From Candidatus Latescibacterota bacterium (GTDB taxonomy: Bacteria > Latescibacterota > UBA2968 > UBA8231): a stretch of DNA of 64,000 nucleotides. Of the stretch, positions 56,876 through 64,000 are shown one piece after another (the stretch's first letter is position 1; each line of letters begins with the position of its first letter). The DNA is taken from positions 832,001 to 896,000 of the forward strand of contig OZ242214.1 in assembly GCA_965206595.1 (NCBI GenBank), given 5' to 3'. The notes under the pieces were generated by a model. It ran no database searches. It saw only the letters and a program-made list of their open reading frames with translations, and was not told the origin of the DNA. A program made the position numbers and the translations under genes.

Positions 56876-57799
56876 ATGCGAAAACAATTTGCCGCAGCAG
56901 CAGTGGCTGCAGCCGTGCTCTGCATGAGCACCTTTTCATTCGCCCACGTTCCGGCTGACTTCATCGGCCTGATCTGGCAATGGCCGTCGAATCAGGTGCC
57001 GGTCCTCGATGGCGACCTCAGCGAGTGGTCGGTGATTCCGGACGACTACTCCTTCACGACCGACGAAGCCGTAGCCCAGTTTACGCCGGGAGACGGCATG
57101 TACGTCACGAACGACGTGCCGGACCTCGCTTCCATCGACTTCAAAGTCACCCCTTCCTACGTCAACGGCGAGAGCCGGTTGTATTACGGTTACGAACGCT
57201 TTGACGATGTCTGGACGGGTGACGACGACATCGAGGTGGTCATCGACGGTGATCACACGGCCGGCACTTTCTGGTCCGAGGAAGGGATGTCGGACGAGGA
57301 GGCTGCGCGCGCCAAAGGCCGTCAGGCCCAGATATACCACATCTTCGCCGACGACGGCTTCCGGCTCGGCGGCGATCGCTGGAACTGGTTCTGGATGACC
57401 ACCGGCGACTGGCAGGAGCAGCCCCCGTGGTCGGACATCGGGTTTCAGTACGAGGGGACCCCGGGTTCCTTTCAGGAAGTGACCCTGTCCGTAGAGTTCT
57501 ATGAGACCGTCTGGGATGACTACAACTACCAGGATCCGGATGGCAGCATTCAGCACCTCCTGACGGAAGGGGAGATCATCGGGCACAAGGTCCACGTGTG
57601 GGAGTTCGACGGGACCGAGGAAACCTACCGGACCGACGGCTGCGAATGCGGCGCCAACTGGTCGGAAAACACTGAAGGCGGCTCGTGGGGAAGCGCGGAT
57701 TTCCTGCCAGACTACCTGCTCGACGAAGTGCAGACCGATCTGCTGCCGAGCGCCGTCGAAGAGGATAGCTGGGGCAGCATCAAGGCTTCGATGAGGTAA
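56876..57799 (+). CDS. secreted acidic protein, CBM9/DOMON-like, with C-terminal SAVEEDSWGSIK motif
   Basis: GGAGG SD; signal peptide MRKQFAAAAV...SFA; PVLDGDLSEW, RLYYGYERFDD, DDIEVVIDGDH; Asp/Trp-rich. Confidence 0.75.
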   Translation: MRKQFAAAAVAAAVLCMSTFSFAHVPADFIGLIWQWPSNQVPVLDGDLSEWSVIPDDYSFTTDEAVAQFTPGDGMYVTNDVPDLASIDFKVTPSYVNGESRLYYGYERFDDVWTGDDDIEVVIDGDHTAGTFWSEEGMSDEEAARAKGRQAQIYHIFADDGFRLGGDRWNWFWMTTGDWQEQPPWSDIGFQYEGTPGSFQEVTLSVEFYETVWDDYNYQDPDGSIQHLLTEGEIIGHKVHVWEFDGTEETYRTDGCECGANWSENTEGGSWGSADFLPDYLLDEVQTDLLPSAVEEDSWGSIKASMR

Positions 57800-57841
57800 G
57801 AGCCAAGGCCCTGCAAGGTCAGAAATAGTAGCAGAATAGCG

Positions 57842-57881
57842 AGCGGGGGTGCCGCACGGCCGGCACCCCCGCTTTCTTTTT
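57842..57881 (+). terminator. rho-independent terminator
   Basis: AGCGGGGGTGCCG-CACGGC-CGGCACCCCCGCT followed by TTCTTTTTT. Confidence 0.88.
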
Positions 57882-57903
57882 GCCTCGCCGTCTCCCCCCT
57901 GCT

Positions 57904-59574
57904 TCAACGGAGGTACGTCCTTGTCCCGTATTTCCTCCGCAGCCCGCGTACGTACTCGACGAATCCTCTCCGCAACGCTGCTATATGCAGGTATCCACTC
58001 GCTCGTCTACGGGATTCGTCGTCGAATGGCTTCATCTCCGGGGGACTCTTCTCGACGACCTCGAAGACGGAAAACCCACCCTTCACCCGGATCGGCCCCA
58101 CGACCTGCCCCACGGCAACCACTTTCGCCTCTTTGTATAGATCGGAAAAGCCGCTGTATTTGCTCAGCTCGAGCCGCCCGTCATGGTGCGCTGCTCCTTC
58201 GCGGATAGTGTGCATGCGGGCGAGCTCCGCGGCGTTTTCTCCGGCGTCGAGCTTGTCCCGCAGCTGCCGGGCGAGTTCCCTGAAGGCGACGAGGATCTCG
58301 GTGACGACGATCTCCTCCTCCGTCTGGAACTGCTCGGGATGAGCCTCGTAGTAGGCGAAGGACTCGGCCGTGGAAGGGGGTAGAATCCGGTCGTCGACTT
58401 CCCGCTTGCGGAGGGTGCTGACGAGCAAGTCGTCCCGTTTGTTCGCTATCGCCGCTTCGAGCCGCGGGTTCTTCTCCCCCCGGGTCAGGGGTTTCATCTC
58501 TTCCAGAAACAGCTGCGCAGGGATGGCCCGTTTCTGCAGGAGCGACTCGAGGAGACCAGGCTGGTCCGTCAATTCCGGATTGAGATTGGCTTCGGGAACG
58601 AGGGTGACGAAATCCTCGAATGACAGGCTCCCCCCTTCGTACAGGCACAGGATGCCGTCGGGCAGAGTGGATGATTCGAGCCCTGCGGCGGCAAACTCCC
58701 GGAACAGCTCATGGAGCCGGCCGGTTTCACGGGGGGAGTAGACCTCGTACAGGGAATCGAGCAGGGCCTGGCGCCGGGCCGCTACTTTGATCTCGTACAG
58801 TTCGTTGATCCAGGGATGGCGCTGACGCGCTCGCGCCAGGGAAGGCGAAATCGGCCGGAACCTGACCGGGACCTCGTCCGCCACCTTGATGACGGCGTAG
58901 TTGATGGCGCCCTTGTAGAACACCGGGATCGGCTCGGAGGTTTCCCCGGTTTCGAGCTCGAATATGCCGTGAAGGGCCTTCATGGTGCCGTCCTTCCTCA
59001 GGAACTGCACGCTGTCTCCGCCGATCTCCCGGGCCGGGTCGTTGAGGGAGCGCTCCTTCAACAGCTGGGCGAAATCGGCGCCGGCCTCCAAGGCCTCCAG
59101 CACCTCTTCCGCCTCCTCCCGGGTCGGCAACAGAATCCCGGCGATGCGCACGGCACGGTCCCGGTGCGTCTCCTTGAAATAGGCCCGCATCTCCTCCTCG
59201 GTTATCGAGACCGCCTGCGTCACTGTCCGGTACTCGTACATCTCGACCAGCTGGTTCTTGCGGAAGCGCTCCACCGCTCTCCCGAGCCAGGCCTCCTCGG
59301 CGATTCTCTGCTCATGCGCCTCCAGCAGCAGAGCCTTCTTGTCGACAAGGGCTCTCAGCAGGGCGCTGTCCGACTGCGCGGGGGCCGTCGGCGACAGCGT
59401 CCCTTGAACCGATGACCTGAACCGCTCCAGGTCGGCGCGGGTGATTTTCTCGCCACCGATCTCCGCAACCACTTCATCAGGCTCGGCCCCGACGCGGTTC
59501 CATGGGAACAACAGGGCTACGGCGGACAGGATCCACCACCATCTGCAACGCATTTCCACCATTCCTTCCGTCAT
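57904..59574 (-). CDS. periplasmic parvulin-type peptidyl-prolyl isomerase (SurA/PrsA-like, two PpiC domains)
   Basis: Signal peptide, VVAEIGGEKIT, ILLPTREEAEEVLEALEAGADFAQL.KERS, second domain ILV....A..LRDKLDAGENAAELARMHT, VVGPI...GGFSVF. Confidence 0.85.
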   Translation of the reverse strand: MTEGMVEMRCRWWWILSAVALLFPWNRVGAEPDEVVAEIGGEKITRADLERFRSSVQGTLSPTAPAQSDSALLRALVDKKALLLEAHEQRIAEEAWLGRAVERFRKNQLVEMYEYRTVTQAVSITEEEMRAYFKETHRDRAVRIAGILLPTREEAEEVLEALEAGADFAQLLKERSLNDPAREIGGDSVQFLRKDGTMKALHGIFELETGETSEPIPVFYKGAINYAVIKVADEVPVRFRPISPSLARARQRHPWINELYEIKVAARRQALLDSLYEVYSPRETGRLHELFREFAAAGLESSTLPDGILCLYEGGSLSFEDFVTLVPEANLNPELTDQPGLLESLLQKRAIPAQLFLEEMKPLTRGEKNPRLEAAIANKRDDLLVSTLRKREVDDRILPPSTAESFAYYEAHPEQFQTEEEIVVTEILVAFRELARQLRDKLDAGENAAELARMHTIREGAAHHDGRLELSKYSGFSDLYKEAKVVAVGQVVGPIRVKGGFSVFEVVEKSPPEMKPFDDESRRRASGYLHIAALRRGFVEYVRGLRRKYGTRTYLR

Positions 59575-59625
59575 GGGAAAGCCCCTTCCGGAAGAAGGGG
59601 CCCGAGTGTGAAACAGACTGGTTCT

Positions 59626-62325
59626 TCAGTACGCGACTGCGATCGTCGTCGCCACGTGGGTATCCTTCACGCCCGTCCCCTCGGTGGCGGTGTCCAACCC
59701 CAGCCGCACCGTATACAGCCCCGGAGGGACCCGGTTTCCCGACTCGTCGAGACCGTCCCAGGAGATCGCGTAGCGGCCCGCGCTGACGTCGCGGCGCTCC
59801 TGGATGCGGCGCAGGCGGCGGCCTGCGAGATCGTAGATCTCCACCTCGGCGGCGCTGCCGGCTCCCACCATGACTACCGAAAACTCGAACAGGGCCGCGT
59901 CGTTGATCCCGTCCCCGTTCGGCGTGAAGAGACCGGGGGTCTGCAGTCCCTGAAGCAGGTTGCCGCCGCCGCCGGCGGCCTCGGCCACCACGAGCAGCGA
60001 GTTCTCCCCGGCCAGCCCGGTGGCGTCGCCGACGTCGATCCGCTGCCAGAACTTCCCGGCGGAGTTGCGCAGCCAGGGCTCCAGCTGCCCCCCCGACGAG
60101 TAGAGCGTCGCCGGAAAAACGAGCCGCACCAGGTCCACTCCCGATTCGATCAAGGGAAACCGCACCAGCAGGCTGTCGCCGAAGCTCGCCACGGTCGCCT
60201 CCGCCACCAGGAGATCGCTAGGATCATCCGCCGCGGCCTCGAACTGCGAGGCGCGGCCGGCGTACAGCCGCACCCTGTCGGGCGCCGTCTCCTCTTCTCC
60301 GAGCACCATTCCCGAAGGAGGCCGGATCACGAGCTCGTCGAAACCGGTCTCCAGGGCATCCACGGCGACGTGGAGGGTGAAGCGGCGCTCGACTCCCAGG
60401 GTATCCACCCGCGTCGGGGTCACTTCCCCGAGCAGCCGGCTGGCGACCGGTTCGGCGAAATGCAGGCGGATCGACCGCAAGGTCGCCGCGGTGTCCGGCC
60501 TTTCCGAGAGCAGGGAGGCCCGGATTTTCAGGATTTTTCGCGGTGAGGGGGACTGAATCAGGCTTCCGGTGGGATCTTCGTAGCGAGTGCTCCACGGCGA
60601 CCACTCCGGACCCTCCTCGTAAATCACCCTCTTGTCCTTGTTTTTGGTGAAGCTCTTCTGTCCGCGGCTGTAGAACTTGTCAGCCCCCTCCTGTCCCCTT
60701 CCGTAGAGCAACCCGTCGTCGCGATAGTACAGCGTATCCGGGATCAGCACGTTTCCCGTTTTCGTCTGCAGGACCACCTGGGTCCCCGGCGGGGTATCCG
60801 CCTCCCACTCGATCACGGTCAGGTTGCGGCTCCCCGGCAGCTCGATGGGATTCGACAGCAGCGCCACCTCGGGATGGTACCCCGTCCCGAACAACTGCAT
60901 TTCCGACAGCGGATGAGTGCCGCTGCAGGTGTTGATCTCCCAGGCGAAGCGGAAGAAACGCGCCTTGATGTCGTCGAAATCGTGACGCCTCAGGCGCATG
61001 CCGCTCGCAGGTACTACCGATCCGGAAAGAGTCTCGTCCTCCGCCTTGCTGTAAACGGCCGTCGCCGTCCACTCGAGACTGCCGTCAGCCTGCCTCGCAC
61101 CGTCCGAGAAATCGAGGCGATAGCTGCAATATTCATTTCCACCAAAGCCAAACGCCCTGAAGTTCGCAACCATGCGGTAGGCATTGATCCAGTACCACGA
61201 GGCGAGATCGAAAAACAGCTCATCCTCGTTCCTCTGGTCGTGAGTCCCGAGGGGAAAGGGAAAGCTTGTGAGGACATCACCGTCGAAGAGAATGTCGGCG
61301 CTGAACTCGTGGCGCATGCCGATCTGTCCTCCCCGGTCCGCCACTCCGTGGATGATCTCGTCGCCGGTTCCCCAGACCTCCAGCTCGGCCAGCCTCGGGC
61401 GCTCGCGCCGGAAATAGCGGATCGGGCCCCGGCGAGCCGGCTCGAGCTGCACCCACACCTCCCGGGGCACGGCGACCTCCCTGCCGTCCGGCTGTTTCTT
61501 TGTATGCTCGACGAAACCCCGTTCCGCGGGCGCCAAGTCCTCCCAGGCCGCCATTCCCACTTCCCCTTCTCCGACGATCCTCCCCCGGTCGAGGTCGCTG
61601 TCGCGGACCACGATCTGCAGGAAGCGTCCGAGGGGATCGACCTGCCCGGGGGTGGTCTGGGACAGGTCGAGCTCGAACACCCGCTGGGTCTTGTTGGGCA
61701 CCAGCGTCTGTATCACCGGCACGTAGTTGCGGACATCCGCCTCCTTCGCCGACGGGGGCTTGAGCCCGTTGGAGACCAGCACGTCGAACAGCAGGAAAGG
61801 ATCCCCCTCCGCCTCGGGGACGAAGCGCACGACGATGCGGTCGATGATCACCAGGCGCCCGAGGTCGACGGTGAACCACCATTGAGAAGGGAGGTCGACG
61901 TCTCCGGAGGGCGGGTCCGGCTCCCAGAAGGTCGACATGTCTCCGTCGAGCACGTTGACGACCTCGTCGCGGTTGGTTCCGGCCTCGATCCCGTCGAGCA
62001 GCTCGATCCGGGACCGGTCCTTGTCCTTGGCGGATTCGGGGGGATGGAGGCGGAGGAAGTCGACGATATCGAGGGAGGCGTTGGTGTTTCTCCTCAGCCG
62101 CCCGGGTCGGACCCCGTCGTCTACGACTTCGATGGTGCCGGCAGGGAAGTCCCATTCGCGCCAGTGGTCCGGCCGGTCGACGACGATCTGATCGCCGACC
62201 CTCCTGTATCCCTGCTGGGCTCCGGCATCGGAGAGAGGTTGGAGAAGGAGGACGGCCGCGCTCGCCAGGGAGCCGGCGAGAAGGCCGCTTGCGCTCAGGA
62301 TTCGGGGGCGGTTTCTCATGACCAT
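59626..62325 (-). CDS. large secreted protein with discoidin-like modules and a C-terminal FlgD-Ig/CHU_C-like domain
   Basis: Signal peptide ending DAGAQ; NVLDGDMSTFW..WWFTVDLG; C-terminal FTPNGDGIND...EIYDLAGR..R...WDGLDESGNRVPPGLY. Confidence 0.8.
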   Translation of the reverse strand: MVMRNRPRILSASGLLAGSLASAAVLLLQPLSDAGAQQGYRRVGDQIVVDRPDHWREWDFPAGTIEVVDDGVRPGRLRRNTNASLDIVDFLRLHPPESAKDKDRSRIELLDGIEAGTNRDEVVNVLDGDMSTFWEPDPPSGDVDLPSQWWFTVDLGRLVIIDRIVVRFVPEAEGDPFLLFDVLVSNGLKPPSAKEADVRNYVPVIQTLVPNKTQRVFELDLSQTTPGQVDPLGRFLQIVVRDSDLDRGRIVGEGEVGMAAWEDLAPAERGFVEHTKKQPDGREVAVPREVWVQLEPARRGPIRYFRRERPRLAELEVWGTGDEIIHGVADRGGQIGMRHEFSADILFDGDVLTSFPFPLGTHDQRNEDELFFDLASWYWINAYRMVANFRAFGFGGNEYCSYRLDFSDGARQADGSLEWTATAVYSKAEDETLSGSVVPASGMRLRRHDFDDIKARFFRFAWEINTCSGTHPLSEMQLFGTGYHPEVALLSNPIELPGSRNLTVIEWEADTPPGTQVVLQTKTGNVLIPDTLYYRDDGLLYGRGQEGADKFYSRGQKSFTKNKDKRVIYEEGPEWSPWSTRYEDPTGSLIQSPSPRKILKIRASLLSERPDTAATLRSIRLHFAEPVASRLLGEVTPTRVDTLGVERRFTLHVAVDALETGFDELVIRPPSGMVLGEEETAPDRVRLYAGRASQFEAAADDPSDLLVAEATVASFGDSLLVRFPLIESGVDLVRLVFPATLYSSGGQLEPWLRNSAGKFWQRIDVGDATGLAGENSLLVVAEAAGGGGNLLQGLQTPGLFTPNGDGINDAALFEFSVVMVGAGSAAEVEIYDLAGRRLRRIQERRDVSAGRYAISWDGLDESGNRVPPGLYTVRLGLDTATEGTGVKDTHVATTIAVAY

Positions 62326-62328
62326 CTT

Positions 62329-64000
62329 TCAGTAGACGAGGGCGACGGCCTCGGTGACCCCGCCGGTCGTCGCATCGGTTTCCACATCCATGCGCAGGAG
62401 GTATATCCCCGGAGGCAGCAGATCCTGCCCGTCGGTCCCGTCCCAGGTTTCGCGGAAGCGGCCGCTGGCCCGCTCGCTGAGGATCCCCGCCACCCTTTTG
62501 CCGGAGAGGTCGTAGAAAGAGACTGTTACGGGTACCGAACCGACCATGTTGACGAGCTCGTACTCGATCGTCAGCTCGTCGTTGATGCCGTCGCCGTTCG
62601 GCGTCAGCGCCGGCGACGAGAGCCTCAGTCCCGCCACCGATTCGGCCTCGATCTCGGTCAGGCTCACGCTCAGGCTGTTGCCGTCGACCAGCGGGTCGGC
62701 GTCCCCGGCCGCGACCCGCTGGTGCACTTCCCACTCCCGGGTGCTGTCGAAAACCCGGCCCGAGAACACGGTTCCGTACTGGAAAACCTGGGCGCGGAAG
62801 ATGACCTGGATCGGAATCAGCGAACTCTGGGCATCTCTGCGGTACTCCTCCGGCAGCGGTATGACGAAGCCGTCGGGCCCCACCTGGGCGAGGCCGCTGG
62901 CGTCGAGGGTGTCGATCGCCGAGGCGTCGGTGGGGGAGCTCAGGATGACGGTGTCGACGCTCGCCGCCCGTGCGGGAGTCTCGATCTCGATGCTGTCGAA
63001 ACCGAGGTCGTCTTCCGCGAACTCGGGAAGCAGGGTGTACACGAACCGCACCGTTTCCCTGGACGGCACCTGGGCCGGGGAGATCTCGGCGACCAGCTCG
63101 CTGACGATCGGGGGCTTGCTGACGGTGAACTCGATGTAATCGAGCCGGCTTCCAGCCTGGATCGGCCGTTGCGAGAGGAAGTTGGCGCTGAACTGGATGA
63201 ACCGCCGCGGCAGGTTCCCCAGCAGCCGGTCCTCCCCCTGGTCGAAGTCCAGCGGCGGGGTCCAGAACTCCCAGTTCTGCGTGTCCGGGGCGATACCCGA
63301 CTGCTCACCGGCCTCCAGGTCGAAGTAGGCGTCCCGCGTAAGCGGTTTCCCCGAAGCGTCGAACCGCGACCGCTCCTCGCCCCGGAAGGTATTGCGCCAG
63401 TATACGTTGGGGTCGGTGTCGCTGCCGTTGCGCACGGTGAGCTCCACCGCGGCCCCCTCGTCCCGCGAGCCGGACCAGGTCAGCGTCCCGAGACTGCCGG
63501 GTTCCCCGAGATCGAGGATGTTGGAGGTGTAGGTCGCCTCAGGGGCGAAACCGGAGGCGTAGATCTCGAACTCCGCCACCTCCCACTTGCCGACGATGGT
63601 CTCGAAGAGGATGTGGCGGGCGGGAACGTCCCCCATGTCGAGTTCGAGCAGGGGTACGGTGTTCTCCAGCATGATGTGGCGGAGGTTGAAATTCAACGGG
63701 CCCGAGCGCCAGAAGAAGTTCATGTCCCTGGTGCCCTCCTTCAGCGGATCCCCGTCGCTCGTTCCGATCAGGAAGGACTTCACCGGGCGCTCGTCGAAGT
63801 ACTTGGGGGTCGGGTACATGCGGATCAGGCGGATCGGAAAGGCGCCGCCGAGATCGAACCAGATAGCCTTGGAGTTGCCCCCCGGAAGGTTTCTGTTGGG
63901 GCTGCACTGGTTTCTGGGCAGCCTCGAAGAGCAGCTCGAGCCCCCCTTGAAGTGGCTGCCGCCGCCGTCGTACGCCGTCGTCGGATCTCCGTCGAACAGG
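62329..64000 (-). CDS. paralogous large secreted protein with a FlgD-Ig/CHU_C-like CTD (5' end beyond the window)
   Basis: Frame stays open to the window edge (LFDGDPTTAY...IWFDLGG..IRLIRMYP); C-terminal LTPNGDGIND...FYDLSGKRV...WDGTDG..LPPGIY. Confidence 0.8.
   Translation of the reverse strand, partial: LFDGDPTTAYDGGGSHFKGGSSCSSRLPRNQCSPNRNLPGGNSKAIWFDLGGAFPIRLIRMYPTPKYFDERPVKSFLIGTSDGDPLKEGTRDMNFFWRSGPLNFNLRHIMLENTVPLLELDMGDVPARHILFETIVGKWEVAEFEIYASGFAPEATYTSNILDLGEPGSLGTLTWSGSRDEGAAVELTVRNGSDTDPNVYWRNTFRGEERSRFDASGKPLTRDAYFDLEAGEQSGIAPDTQNWEFWTPPLDFDQGEDRLLGNLPRRFIQFSANFLSQRPIQAGSRLDYIEFTVSKPPIVSELVAEISPAQVPSRETVRFVYTLLPEFAEDDLGFDSIEIETPARAASVDTVILSSPTDASAIDTLDASGLAQVGPDGFVIPLPEEYRRDAQSSLIPIQVIFRAQVFQYGTVFSGRVFDSTREWEVHQRVAAGDADPLVDGNSLSVSLTEIEAESVAGLRLSSPALTPNGDGINDELTIEYELVNMVGSVPVTVSFYDLSGKRVAGILSERASGRFRETWDGTDGQDLLPPGIYLLRMDVETDATTGGVTEAVALVY

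Overview
This is a GC-rich bacterial chromosome segment. Its gene content includes PhyH dioxygenases, a sulfatase, AlkP-superfamily hydrolases, ASPIC/UnbV beta-propellers, large secreted proteins capped by a FlgD/CHU_C-like domain, and an SWGxIK C-terminal motif. That content resembles FCB-group or Latescibacterota/Poribacteria-like organisms, possibly host-associated; this assignment is inference only. From left to right: the 5' end of an SNF2/DUF3883-type helicase (missed by the ORF track) just downstream of a complete tmRNA (tag ADDNSYALAA), consistent with an ssrA-linked island; a TamA/TamB pair; a sigma54-driven hsp20 followed by a Zn-peptidase; pckA; queC; catabolic and MFS genes; a moaA / FolC-ATP-grasp fusion / PLP lyase unit divergent from coxD/coxE-like genes; a decayed DUF5916 outer-membrane gene; a hydantoinase/sialidase/dioxygenase cluster; a sulfatase/phosphodiesterase cluster ending in a chimeric deletion scar; two CRTAC1-like proteins around an HTTM gene; and a secreted-protein cluster with a PPIase. 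The best candidates for undescribed biology are the FolC plus ATP-grasp double ligase and a putative [ST]AVxExSWxxIKAS sorting motif linked to the PPIase and CTD-bearing surface proteins. Several frameshifts occur, some in homopolymers, and may be sequencing errors. All family assignments come from motif recognition, not database searches.
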